A DNA stretch of 64,000 bases. Source: Macrostomum lignano. Lineage: Eukaryota. The DNA lies in contig NIVC01002382.1 of the NCBI GenBank assembly GCA_002269645.1, forward strand, positions 1 to 64,000. The letters are read 5' to 3'. The notes beneath the pieces were generated by a model. It was not told the origin of the DNA, ran no database searches, and saw nothing but the letters and a program-made list of their open reading frames with translations. Position numbers and translations under genes: made by a program. Positions 39,731 to 52,889 of this stretch are shown one piece after another (within the stretch, counting starts at the first letter, position 1; each line of letters starts with the position of its first letter).

Positions 39731-40659
39731 TGGAGACGGTCAGGCGAGCAGAAATGATAAATATGAATATGAATAGCATGGATTTTGCAGAGGAATCTAT
39801 TGAGTACAAAGCTTTAGTAAAAATGATTATAAAGCTATTAGAAATGAGTAAATTTCAACACGGAGAATCTGTGCAACATAAAAAAGCGGAATCTAGTCTC
39901 CGATTTTGTCAATCAAATATATTTATTAAATTTATAAAAATTTGAAAACAACAAGACTGAAAACCTGTCTGAGCAGCATCGTACTCGTACCTATTTAAGA
40001 TAATTATGAAACTCCATGAGAAATAAAAAAACTTAATGCTGACTAGAGTCGGACAAAAATCTTTGCCGATTGATCGATAAAAAAATGATTTAAAATGATA
40101 AAAAATGACAGGAAGATAATCACACATTCTTAATACTACAAGTAGTGCGTGTAAAATAGAGAGCTCTTAGGTGTTAGGCAAGCAAAAGCGGAGCCACAAA
40201 AATCCAAACAGATTGAATTCAAATTTTCCTTAATAGCAGCATAGTCGCCATGAAGGTGCCATGAGGGTGCACCCTGTTCAATAACATCATTAGAAAAGAC
40301 AACAGTCCGTGAAATACACTCACCAATATTTACTACTGACAGCAACAACTTGAGTATATAAATCACTAATAGAGTATAAAACTATTATTAAGCAACTCTA
40401 AACTAAGATGACAGAATTGCCAAAAAACTTATAAAGCGTACCAGAACAATGAGAAAGAATGAGTAGGTTTCGTTGTTAGAACTGAGTATTTGACTTGTGA
40501 AACCGGGGATGGCATCCGTCAGGCTTGACGATATCTTGTGTAGAATTATGTAATTTATTGACTGAGTGAATCTGTAAATCATGTGGCGGACTGCGGACCA
40601 AACAGAGGAGGCCAAAAGAGGAGAGTTGACAAGTCGGAAGAAGAGACGAGGAGAGATGA

Positions 40660-41205
40660 AAGGAGGGGAGGTGGAGAGAGAGAAGATGAGATAAAGGGAG
40701 AGAGAAGAAATGAAGGGAGAGAGAAGAGGAGATAAATGGAGAGGGAGAAGAGGGGCTGAAAGGAGAAAGAGGAGATGAAGGGAGTGGAGGAGATGAAGGG
40801 AGTGGAGGAGATGAAGGGAGAAGAGATGAGGGAAGGGGAAGAGATGAAGGGAGTAGAGAAGATGTAGGGAGTGGAGGAGATGAAGGGAGGGGAGGAGATG
40901 AAGGAAGGGGAGGAGATGAAGGGAGGGGAGGAGATGAAGGGAGGGGAGGAGATGAAGGGAGGGGAGGAGATGAAGGGAGGGGAGGAGATGAAGAGAGTAG
41001 AGGAGATGTAGGGAGTGGAGGAGATGGAGGGAGTGGAGGAGATGAAGGGAGGGGAGAAGATGAAGGGAGGGGAGGAGATGGAGAGAGTGGAGGAGATGTA
41101 GGGAGTGGAGGAGATGGAGGGAGTGGTGGAGATGGAGGGAGTGGAGGAGATGAAGGGAGTAGAGGAGACGAAGGGAGGGGAGGAGATGAGGGGAAGGGAG
41201 ATGAA
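40660..41205. repeat. Purine-rich ~18-bp repeat (GGAGGAGATGAAGGGAGG)
   Basis: Tandem variants just downstream of the SLC43-like stop. Confidence 0.9.
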
Positions 41206-41316
41206 GAAGTGTAAAAGCTTGGATGCAGACAAGAATCCCATCCGAAATAACAGGCAACAACAAGATGCAGAAAGCGGGCAAGCCACGGCGGATAAGCTAA
41301 TTGCTATGCATCGCCG

Positions 41317-43843
41317 CTAGCTTCTCTGTCCGACGCCGCCTCCACCATTGTCGTCGTTAATCGCATCCCTGGAGTCGTTCTCGCCGGCGTCTTCATCAGC
41401 AGGCGCAGCGGCGGCGGGCCCAGCCGGGCAGGCCAGCAGCTGGCAGGGGTGCAGAGCGGCCAGGCCAGCCAGGGCGGCGCCCACAGCATATGCGGGCCGG
41501 TGATCGTCCAGCCTGAGAGACAGGCGCAGCAGGGGATACTGCAGCCAGGCAAATCCGGCCCCGGACAGGCTCACTAATCCGTACAGCCGGCCGAACTGTC
41601 CGGCCGGGAATGCATCCAACAGTAGGCAGGGGAGCAGGGCGAATAGCAGAGAACGGTAGGCGACTAGTAAGGCGAATTGCGGAACCAGAGGCAGCGGCGG
41701 CGAGGCCAGGCCGAGGCAGCAGACGGCGCAGCCGGTGCCGCACTGGGCAAGCAGCGGCCAGGCCAGGCTCCGGGGCGCCGGCCGCGGTCCGAGACGGCGA
41801 GCCGCCCGCAGGCCGAGGGCGACGGCGAATGCGGCTGGCAAGCCGGCGAACATGAGCGCGCCGAGCAGGCTGAGCTGCCTGACATTGGGGCGGGGAAAGG
41901 AAATAATAATAATTAATAAATCAACTCTCATTTAACAGCATTCATCTGTCACTCCTCAGTTAACAGCATTCATCTGTCACTCCTCAGTTAACAGCATTCA
42001 TCTGTCACTCCTCAGTTAACAGCATTCATCTGTCACTCCTCAGTTAACAGCATTCATCTGTCACTCCTCAGTTAACAGCATTCATCTGTCACTCCTCAGT
42101 TAACAGCATTCATCTGTCACTCCTCAGTTAACAGCATTTATCTGTCACTTCTCATTTAACAGCATTCATCTGTCACTCCTCAGTTAACAGCATTCATCTG
42201 TCACTCCTCAGTTAACAGCATTCATCTGTCACTCCTCAGTTAACAGCATTCATCTATCACTCCTCAGTTAACAGCATTCATCTGTCACTCCTCAGTTAAA
42301 AGCATTCATCTGTCACTCCTCAGTTAACAGCATTCATCTGTCACTCCTCAGTTAACAGCATTCATCTGTCACTCCTCAGTTAACAGCATTCATTGATCTG
42401 TCACTCCTCAGTTAACAGCATTCATCTGTCACTCCTCAGTTAACAGCATTCATCTGTCACTCCTCAGTTAACAGCATTCATCTGTCACTCCTCAGTTAAC
42501 AGCATTCATTGATCTGTCACTCCTCAGTTAACAGCATTCATCTTGATCTATCACTCCTCAGTTAACAGTATTCATCTTGATCTATCACTCCCCATTTAAC
42601 AGCATTAATCTTGATCTATCACTCCTCAGTTAACAGCATTCATCTTGATCTATCACTCCTCAGTTAACAGCATTCATCTTGATCTATCACTCCTCAGTTA
42701 ACAGCATTCATCTTGATCTATCACTCCTCAGTTAACAGCATTAATCTTGATCTATCACTCCTCAGTTAACAGCATTAATCTTGATCTATCACTCCTCAGT
42801 TAACAGCATTAATCTTGATCTATCACTCCTCATTAAACAGCAATGGGAAAATTCCCTCAGCAATTTTATCCTTTCTTCCTTCTTAGCAAGCAGTTTTCTT
42901 AGAAAGTTTCCCAGGCTGACAACCTTCATTCTCAAACGCACCTGTAAGCTTCTCCAGGCACCCCGTTAGCAGCCAACTGAGCCAGCAGCGGAGCGTGCGA
43001 CAGGCACAGCAAAAACACCAACAGGGAGGCCATTGCCCAGGCCAGATGGCTGATGTACAGCCGACTGCAAAGGGTCATAGCCAGAGTCGGTTCACTGGAG
43101 AAGCCAGCTGAAGCGGCAGTAGAGTTGCAGCCACCAGCCGCTGTCCGGGGCGGCCTGGGATCGAGCCTGGCTAACAGGCCAGTCAGACAGAGGCTTATTA
43201 TTGCAACAGCAGCGCCCAGACTGACAAAGGCGGCGGCTCGATAGCGGCTGGACTGTGCCGGACCGCCTGCGGCCAGGCACAGATTCAGCACCAGAGTTGG
43301 CACAAGGGCGCTGGAATCGAACGCGCCAGACACTGAGCACACTAATAAGCTGGAGCCGCGGCGCATCAAGCCGCCGATGGATAGACAGGTTACCATGGAG
43401 ACGGCGCTGGAGACACCCCAGAGGATGGCGCCGGCGTAGAGAGCGGCGTTGCCGGCTGGCGACGGAGCGGCCAGGCCGAAGCAGAGGCAGCAGGCCAGGG
43501 CGGCCGCGGCGCCAGCCAGGCGGCAGGGCAGGCGGCCCAGCCGGTCCAGCAGGAGGCCGGCAACAAAGCAGGCCACCATGTGGACGCCAACACCGATCGA
43601 GTGCACCAGAGCGAATCTGGCCTCGCCTTCGGCCGGGCAAGCCGCCTCTGCTTCAACCGTCTGCACAGCCGCCACAACCGCATCGCTGACTGTGGCGTTG
43701 CAGCCAAAAAAGCCTTCGCGTTGTAGAATAGCCTGCCAGCTGGGCAAATTGACAAAGAAGCCGCTATAGATGAGAGTCTCGCCGACTGCTAAACTGGCGC
43801 ATAGGATGGCAGCGCCAGGCTTCAGCTGGTACTGCTGCTGCTG
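41317..43843 (-). CDS. SLC43/LAT3-type MFS transporter; exons ~43843-42942 and 41878-41317, 5' end uncertain
   Basis: GETLIYSGFFVNLPSWQAILQREGFF (SLC43 TM1 motif), AGLLLDRLGR MFS motif, LLVCSVSGAFDSSALV, DAFPAGQFGRLYGL, LQYPL. Phase-2 intron AG|GTGCGT..GTCAG|G. Confidence 0.8.
41930..42840. repeat. 28-bp minisatellite (TTAACAGCATTCATCTGTCACTCCTCAG)n, intronic
   Basis: Tandem copies, with expanded variants at the right end. Confidence 0.95.
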
Positions 43844-45194
43844 CTGTTGATGATGCCGTTGTCTCACCAGCAATCAGATACGTGTTATAAAGATTTACAA
43901 TAAAAACGATAGTTACCCTACTTATAGTAGCTTTTTGCAGTCAGGTAGGGTTTTACGACAAAAACGCTGTTTACCCTACTGACAGTAGTTTTCGACAATC
44001 TAGTAATGTTTTACACTAAAATACGCTATTTACCCTACTTATAGTAGATTTTCAACAATTCAAAAAGCGCTACTTATTTCGAAAATTATATAAAATTTAA
44101 CACGAAAACGTTTCCTATTCCTATAACATGTTTCTCTTGGCAAATCTACGGGAAAATTTACCCTTACATGCAACGACTGATACAATAGCAAAAAACGCTA
44201 TATAACCTACTTGCAGTAGATTTCGTCAACTAAATAAACTAAGCAATTTAAACACTTATTTTCTTATCCAAATTTGAAAATTATCTAAGCTAGGCCTCGG
44301 ATTTCTGTCCGCCAATTCGACTAACAGGTTTTGGGGCGAGGTAGAAATAACAGACAGGTGCCAGTTTAGAAACTGTTATCGAGGAGACAGCCTCAACCTA
44401 TGTATAAGGCTATGCTCTCAAATGCAGTCAAATCATAGTAGATTTCTCACTGGCATGACGTACAGATCTCTAGAGAAATTCCAGACTTAGCCTCGCCCTA
44501 AAAATGTCTGCTATTAAAAAATAAGCTTGCATCACAAAGCAAATAAAAAAGACTTGACAAATCTGCTGGCAAAAATTGATCAAACAATTTGTACGTGTCA
44601 ATACAATATGCGCTTATAATTAGATAAAAAGAAACCAGACAATATGCAAGACACTTGCAAATAAAAATCAACAAAGTAGTTAAATAGATTAATATAAAAA
44701 TTATTATAAACAAGAATAGCAGACGGCACAGCTATTAGTCCGCGTTGCAGCGGCAAATGTGGATGAATTTCATTGGAAAAAATCACAGTTAAAAATGGCT
44801 CAATTAAACTTAATAAACACCATTAGATATGACTCTTTCATATCTTTTGAACTACTCAAAATTTAAAATATATATTATAATAAAATGTTACAAAAATGTA
44901 GAAGGAACTACAGATCAACAGATTTGTTGTACATTAAATCCCATAATTTAATTCAACTTGCATGCCTAAAACAGTACAGGCTATAATAGAAGCAAACAGT
45001 AAAACTTTACTAAACTCGTATTGGCCTCTGCAATGCTAAGAAGGGAATGTAAGTTTAAAGCAGCGACACCTGTCTAATATTGAGAAAAATCTATATTATC
45101 AATAGCGAAAGCATGCAACCATAACTAGTGGAGTAGGGAATGTCTAACTAGAAATACTGACAGTAAGTACTTGCATTAGGCTTATATGGACTGG

Positions 45195-45970
45195 CGCCAC
45201 AATCACACAGAACTCATCCTGTGAACTAGCGCAATAATCACACAGATCTCATTCTGTTAACTAGCGCAATAATCACACAGGTCTCATACTGTGAACTAGC
45301 GCCACAATCATACAGGTCTCATTCTGTGAACTGGCGCATTAATCACACAGGCCTCATTCTGTGAACTGGCGCATTAATCACACAGGCCTCATTCTGTGAA
45401 CTGGCGCATTAATCACACAGGCCTCATTCTGTGAACTGGCGCATTAATCACACAGGCCTCATTCTGTGAACTGGCGCATTAATCACACAGGCCTCATTCT
45501 GTGAACTGGCGCATTAATCACACAGGCCTCATTCTGTGAACTGGCGCATTAATCACACAGGCCTCATTCTGTGAACTAGCGCAATAATCACACAGGTCTC
45601 ATTCTGTGAACTGGCGCATTAATCACACAGGCCTCATTCTGTGAACTGGCGCATTAATCACACAGGCCTCATTCTGTGAACTAGCGCATTAATCACACAG
45701 GTCTCATTCTGTGAACTGGCGCATTAATCACACAGGCCTCATTCTGTGAACTGGCGCATTAATCACACAGGCCTCATTCTGTGAACTGGCGCATTAATCA
45801 CACAGGCCTCATTCTGTGAACTGGCGCATTAATCACACAGGTCTCATTCTGTGAACTGGCGCATTAATCACACAGGCCTCATTCTGTGAACTGGCGCATT
45901 AATCACACAGGTCTCATTCTGTGAACTAGCGCAATAATCACACAGGTCTCATACTGTGAAGTGGCGCCAT
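45195..45970. repeat. 35-bp minisatellite (GCCTCATTCTGTGAACTGGCGCATTAATCACACAG)n
   Basis: Tandem copies with no spacers. Confidence 0.95.
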
Positions 45971-46504
45971 AACCAATTATCTTTGAATATATGAAGGCTC
46001 AATATAAGCTAGAACTGAAAAATCTAATCGATAACAGGTGAAAATTGAAGACTGACACACCGATTGAGCATTTAAACAATGTCAGAATCATTATAGTAAT
46101 ACACGAATAATAATAAAATGCAGATGACATTAAGAACAGTGCGCCTATGCAAAGCCGGAACACAAAGCGACCAACAGGAAGCCAGTATATGCAGTGCAAA
46201 TATGCAATAGGATTTTTAAGTTAGTTGAAAAATTAAATAGATGATTATCTAATTGAAGAGAAAAAATTCACAGCCGAATCTCAACAATAATTATAACTTA
46301 TGCTTATTTATTCCTTCCAATAGTACATAAAATATTTTTAATTATATGATAATCATTACAACACAGCCTGGAATAGTTGGCACAATTTCTAATACACCTC
46401 GCACACTAGTACTGTATATTCACGTATTCACTTCTCAGTAAGGCACTGCTGGTTTAGAGTGAGCCTGTCACATCCAGAGACAGTGTCAATCAAGAATTAA
46501 TCTA

Positions 46505-47010
46505 AAGTCAATATAGAGTCAATCTAGAGTCAATCTAGAGCCAATCTAGAGTCAATCTAGAGTCAATCTAGAGCCAATCTAGAGTCAATCTAGAGTCAAT
46601 CTAGAGTCAATCTAGAGTCAATCTAGAGTCAATCTAGAGTCAATCTAGAGTCAATATAGAGTCAATCTAGAGTTAATCTAGAGTCAATCTAGAGTCAATC
46701 TAGAGTCAATCTAGAGTCAATCTAGAGTCAATCTAGAGTCAATCTAGAGTCAATCTAGAGTCAATCTAGAGTCAATCTAGAGTCAATCTAGAGTCAATCT
46801 AGAGTCAATCTAGAGCCAATCTAGAGCCAATCTAGAGTCAATATAGAGTCAATCTAGAGCCAATCTAGAGTCAATCTAGAGCCAATATAGAGTCAATCTA
46901 GAGTCAATCTAGAGCCAATCTAGAGTCAATATATAGCCAATCTAGAGTCCATCTAGAGTCTATCTAAAGTCAATCTAAAGTCAATCTAGAGCCAATCTAG
47001 AGTCAATCTG
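46505..47010. repeat. 11-bp minisatellite (AGAGTCAATCT)n
   Basis: Tandem copies visible. Confidence 0.95.
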
Positions 47011-47155
47011 CAGGAGAGCCTACATCTATTATTAATATAAAGAACTAAAAGTTGGGAGCATAAAAATGAATTGCTACAGCGAGAGTTACATTAAAAGAAG
47101 AAAAACGCAAGATATTGGAAATCTACACTATTAATAACTGACATGCCTCCAAGCC

Positions 47156-47426
47156 TCAGGCGGAGGACAACAAGCTCAGGTCGTCAACAGTGGCGCCAAG
47201 ATTAACGTAGGCCTGCTTTCTCAAGTGCTGCTGCTGCAGGCCGGCATGAATGCTGACAGGCTCAACCGAGGAGTGATGCCGCTGCACAGAAGCCGCGGTG
47301 TCGCCGCCAACGCCGCCCGTTGCCGCACCCGAAGAGTACGAGTCAGCGATGGAACCGCCGGCCTCCTGGGAGCTCAGCAAGCCCGTCAGAAGTGGCAGGC
47401 TCAGATTTAAAAACTCGCCGCTGCTC

Positions 47427-47458
<32 letters not shown>

Positions 47459-50400
47459 CCGCAGTCGGAGCCGATCCTTCAAAGCGGCAACTTCGGGCAG
47501 CAGAGGCAACGAAGCGCTGATTGCTTGCTGCTGCTGCAGACGTTCAGCTGATTCCAACTGCTGCTTTTGGGACTGCTGCAATTGCTGCTGCTGCTGCTGT
47601 TGAAAATCAATCTCTGCAACCTCTGCGCCAGTGTCGGACACTCCGTAGCCGTAGCCGTAGCCGAAATCGTAGCCATATCCGTAGCCAAATCCTGCATCAT
47701 CGCCGTTGCCTTCTGCCGCTGCCTCCTCTTCAACACTAGCAGCCTGTCGAGTTTGATTCAAATATAAATTGAAAATTTCATCCGACTGCTCCAAGCCGAC
47801 TGATGCCGAGGGTCGGGCGGCTGCTGTGGCGACGGCGCCAGTTTGACTCGATATCCGCCTTCCAGGCACTACCAGCATCTCTTGATGAGGCGTCATCTCG
47901 TCTGCTTCAACCGCTCGTCTAGTACTACTGGCGTACATCTGCGACAGTAGCTGATACCTGTGCAGCTCTTTGCACAGCCACAGAGTGTACTCAGCCTGAG
48001 TAGTAGTGGAGAATCCCATTAGTAGTGGCCGGCCACCTTTGGGCAAAATCTCTAGGCGTTTTCTCTGCAATAGGGTGGGAAAATGAGCGTTCAGTTATAT
48101 TATCAGTTGAACTATGATGCAGTTTCCTCATTTATGCAGTTTTCTATCTATCATTTAGTTTCCCCAACTATGCTGTAGTTTCCCTAACTATGATGTAGTT
48201 TCCCCAACTATGCTGTAGTTTTTTTAACTATGATGCAGTTTCCCCAACTATGCTGTAGTTTCTTTAACTATGATGCAGGTTTCCCCATTTATGCAGTTTT
48301 CCATCTATCATTTAGTTTCCCCAACTATGCTGTAGTTTCCCTAACTATGATGTAGTTTCCCCAACTATGCTGTAGTTTTTTTAACTATGATGCAGTTTCC
48401 CCAACTATGCTGTAGTTTCTTTAACTATGATGCAGGTTTCCCCATTTATGCAGTTTTCCATCTATCATTTAGTTCCCCAACTATGCTGTAGTTTCCCTAA
48501 CTATGATGTAGTTTCCCCAACTATGCTGTAGTTTCCCTAACTATGATGTAGTTTCCCCAACTATGCTGTAGTTTCTTTAACTATGATGCAGTTTCCCCAA
48601 CTATGCTGTAGTTTCTTTAACTATGATGCAGTTTCCCCAACTATGCTGTAGTTTCTTTAACTATGATGCAGTTTCCCCAACTATGCTGTAGTTTCCCTAA
48701 CTATGATGCAGTTTCCCCAACTATGCTGTAGTTTCTTTAACTATGATGCAGTTTCCCCAACTATGCTGTAGTTTCCCTAACTATGATGCAGTTTCCCCAA
48801 CTATGCTGTAGTTTCTTTAACTACGCTGTAGTTTCCCTAACTATGATGTAGTTTCCCTAACTTTGATGCAGTTTCCTCATTTATGCAGTTTTCCATCTAT
48901 CATTTAGTTCCCCAACTATGCTGTAGTTTCCCTAACTATGATGTAGTTTCCCCAACTATGCTGTAGTTTCTCTATGATGTAGTTTCCCCAACTATGCTGT
49001 AGTTTCTTTAACTATGATGCAGTTTCCCCAACTATGCTGTAGTTTCTTTAACTATGATGCAGTTTCCCCAACTATGCTGTAGTTTCCCTAACTATGATGC
49101 AGTTTCCCCAACTATGCTGTAGTTTCTTTAACTACGCTGTAGTTTCCCCATCTATGCTGTAGTTTCTTTAACTATGCTGTAGTTTCCCCATCTATGTTGT
49201 AGTTTCAACATCTATGATGCAGTTTTCCCATCTATGATGCAGTTTTCCATCTATGCTGTAGTTTCCCCAACTATGCTGTAGTTTCTTTAACTATGATGCA
49301 GTTTCCCCAACTATGCTGTAGTTTCTTTAACTATGATGCAGTTTCCCCAACTATGCTGTAGTTTCCCTAACTATGATGCAGTTTCCTCATTTATGCAGTT
49401 TTCCATCTATCATTTAGTTTCCCCAACTATGCTGTAGTTTCCCTAACTATGATGTAGTTTCCCTAACTATGCTGTAGTTTCCCTAACTATGATGTAGTTT
49501 CCCCAACTATGCTGTAGTTTCTTTAACTATGATGCAGTTTCCCCAACTATGCTGTAGTTTCCCTAACTATGATGTACTTTCCCCAACTATGCTGTAGTTT
49601 CTTTAACTATGATGCAGTTTCCCCAACTATGCTGTAGTTTCCCTAACTATGATGCAGTTTCCCCAACTACGCTGTAGTTTCCCCATCTATGCTGTAGTTT
49701 CCCCATCTATGCTGCAGTTTCCCCATCTATGATGCAGTTTCAACATCTATGCTGCAGTTTCCCCATCTATACTGCAGTTTCCCCATCTATGCAGCAGTTT
49801 GCCCAACATAACTTAGTCGTGTGCACGAAAATTAGCCAAGGGTTTGTCGTAATATTCACAGCCATTAGGCCCAGCCCCCAAGGCACAGGGAGTGTACATG
49901 CCTGACGATTAGACAGTCAGGGCCGCTGTGCACCCTGTGTGAGCGTGTGCTCATAACTGCTTGCCTCCTCGCTGGAGGCGGGCCGACCGTCGCCTTTGAT
50001 TTGCGGCAGCGCCCAAAACCCGCCTGCGACTAACCAAAATCAGCTATTAATAGAGAGAACACCTAGTACTAAACAGAAATTGCGCAGTGAATGGTCATTA
50101 GCAGCGGAACTGTGTGCAAGGCCTCGAAAAAAATTCTCTTTATAATATTTTACATTAGAAATGTATATTTGGCCCTACCGCTGACTAATGGATTGCTCAA
50201 GGCGTACTTGAGCAATTCCTAAGGGTCTAGGAATATTGCTCACAAAGAAAACACAAATGAGGTGCGATTACTCTTAGTCAGAATGCTCAAACTGGGACTG
50301 AATAGGTAATAGTCAGCAGCAACTGCAGTACAATTGCCATCCAGACTACTTGAGAGTTTAAGACGCACAAGCCAGGAATGCAGGACAAAATCCATGGCAT

Positions 50401-52889
50401 TAATTAATTATCCGTCTGGGACTATTTCACTAGAAGCTTGACTGTCTGCGATTAAATCCCATTTTTATTGGCTAATCCCTTTGTCTGTCTATTGTTTAGG
50501 ACTACGTGGACTTAGAATCAACAGCAGCATTTGCTTCACAATGTCAATACTAGAAGGAAAAACTTTAGGAGAAACAAATGAGCGTTCTTTATTATATTAG
50601 CAACACACCTGGATAGATTAGCAATCCATCTAGGGCTAGATTAGCAATCCATCTAGGACTAGATTAGCAATCCATCTAGGGCTAGATTAGCAATCCATCT
50701 AGGGCTAGATTAGTAATCCATCTAGGGCTAGATTAGCAATCCATCTAGGGCTAGATTAGTAATCTATCTAGGGCTAGATTAGTAATCTATCTAGGGCTAG
50801 ATTAGTAATCTATCTAGGGCTAGATTAGTAATCTATCTAGGGCTAGATTAGCAATCCATCTAGGGCTAGATTAGCAATCCATCTAGGGCTAGATTAGCAA
50901 TCCATCTAGGGCTAGATTAGCAATCCGTCTAGGGCTAGATTTGTAATCCATCTAGGACTAGATTAGCAATCCATCTAGGGCTAGATTAGCAATCCGCTCA
51001 CCTGGCATCGCAGGCGGACAATATCTGCCCAGGGCAGGGTGGAGGCGTGCACCATGAAGACGTGAATGAGATTCCTGGGCTCGTACAGCGATATGCCAAC
51101 CGGTCCGATACCCAGAAACAGGGAGCCGTCGTTATTTGCTGGGCCTTTCTCCATCACCTTAACGATGTGCTGATTGTGGGCGATGTTTTGCATCTCCGAG
51201 GCTAGCCGGATGTAGCGGAACACAGCTTCCGATTGCGTCATCAGCTCCAGTGAAGCGTGCTGAGTTGGCAGGTGCTGCAGCAGCCAGTCAGCGCCGTAGC
51301 GTTCAATGAGCTGTGAATGATTGGGCAGATTGGCTTGTGATAGGTGCTAGATTTAATATTCTCGCTTTCATACGGACTTAAAACTAATTCACAGACACAG
51401 GCCTGAAGCTTCACGGGCTCTGCACGAATTCACAGACACAGACCTGAAGCTTCACAGGTTCTGCACTAATTCACAAGCACAGACCTGAAGCTTCACAGGT
51501 TCTGCACTAATTCACAGGCACAGACCTGAAGCTTCACCAGCTTCAGGCACAGACCTGAAGCTTCACGGGCTCTGCACGAATTCACAGACACAGACCTGAA
51601 GCTTCACAGGTTCTGCACTAATTCACAAGCACAGACCTGAAGCTTCACAGGTTCTGCACTAATTCACAGGCACAGACCTGAAGCTTCACCAGCTTCAGGC
51701 ACAGACCTGAAGCTTCACGGGCTCTGCACGAATTCACAGACACAGACCTGAAGCTTCACAGGTTCTGCACTAATTCACAAGCACAGACCTGAAGCTTCAC
51801 AGGTTCTGCACTAATTCACAGGCACAGACCTGAAGCTTCACCAGCTTCAGGCACAGACCTGAAGCTTCACCGGCTCTGCACTAATTCACAGACACAGACC
51901 TGAAGCTTCACCAGCTCTGCACTAATTCACAGACACAGACCTGAAGCTTCACCGGCTCTGCACTAATTCACAGGCACAGACCTGAAGCTTCACCAGGTCT
52001 GAAGCTGTGAAGCTGTGTCTGAAGCTGTGAAGCCAGGTCTGAAGCTGTGAAGCTTCAGCTTCACAGACCTGAAGCTTCACGGTCTCTGCACTAATTCACA
52101 GGCACAGACCTGAAGCTTCACGGTCTCTGCACTAATTCACAGGCACAGACCTGAAGTTTTACTAAAACCATTTCAAGGCTCAAAATAAATTCACACATTG
52201 GAAACTTGACCAGTTTATCTGACACTTACCCACAGTGGACAGTACTTCTGCACATTGAAATACGGCTCTTTAGCGGTGCCCAGATCTGTCCTATAGCTGC
52301 CGTAATCAGCTTGCAGCGAGAATGCAATCAACTGGAATATTGTAGACTCATTTAGCAGCATATTGTAGCGAAGTACATTCTCACGTATCTGCAGATAATA
52401 ATACATCTTGGCCGCCTTCTCTGGCAGCGCATTGGTTCTAACGTAGAATTTCACTCTAAAGTACACTCGGTTATTAGTGTACTGCTCGTAGCTGGCCGCA
52501 CTGGCTTCGTTCGGGTCGATGGCGGTCAGATCTCCATTGCTGGCAGCCGCCTGGCGCTTCCCTTTGCCAGATCCCAGTCTGCTATGGAAGGCGCTGTTCT
52601 TCTTTAGCAGGTCTTTGAACTTCACCCTATCGACTCGGGTCTCGTGGCGCAGGAACAAATAAAAGGAGTGCATTCGCACCGCAATGCCAAACATTGACGA
52701 CTCACGAATGTCCTTCTGTTCGCATACTTTATCGAATATTTCGCCTATAGTGGTGCGCTTATCGTAGGATAAAAACACATTCTCGCCGCTGACCAGCGAT
52801 ACGCACAGCAGCTTCTTGTCACGCGGACTCTGATAAAATCTGCTGCTGCTGTCCTGCGATTGCGAAGCTGCGGACGACCGACCAGACAT
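47156..52889 (-). CDS. FRMD6: FERM-domain protein of the FRMD6/Expanded (Hippo pathway) group; exons 52889-52230, 51310-51002, 48064-47156
   Basis: VYFRVKFYV..AKMYYYLQIRENVL..FQLIAFSLQADYG..YF....YCPLW|LIERYGADWLLQHLP..H..EAVFRYIRLA..LFLGIGPVGI..LPWADI..|RKRLEILP matches the FRMD6/Ex FERM pattern. All introns are phase 0; about 625 aa. Orthology is inferred. Confidence 0.8.
48110..49800. repeat. ~20-bp minisatellite (AACTATGATGCAGTTTCCCC)n with higher-order alternation, FERM intron 2
   Basis: Tandem variants visible. Confidence 0.95.
49857..49950 (+). mobile_element. 5'-truncated SINE copy
   Basis: CACAGCC..CCCCAAGGCACAGGGAGTGTACATGCCTGAC..GTCAGGGCCGCTGTGCACCCTGTGTGAGCGTGTG. Confidence 0.65.
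50612..50995. repeat. 23-bp minisatellite (GATTAGCAATCCATCTAGGGCTA)n, FERM intron 2
   Basis: Tandem copies abut the donor site. Confidence 0.95.
51385..52160. repeat. ~40-bp minisatellite with palindromic TGAAGCTTCA core, FERM intron 1
   Basis: CACAGACCTGAAGCTTCAC..CTGCACTAATT variants. Confidence 0.9.

Noticed and set aside
45195-45970. 35-bp repeat as a CRISPR array
   Set aside because: Units are directly adjacent with no unique spacers, there are no cas genes, and the context is eukaryotic.
49895-49930. Hammerhead ribozyme or SECIS in the SINE hairpin (CTGACGA)
   Set aside because: There is no GAAA core or AUGA/GA quartet, and CTGANGA is not conserved among copies.
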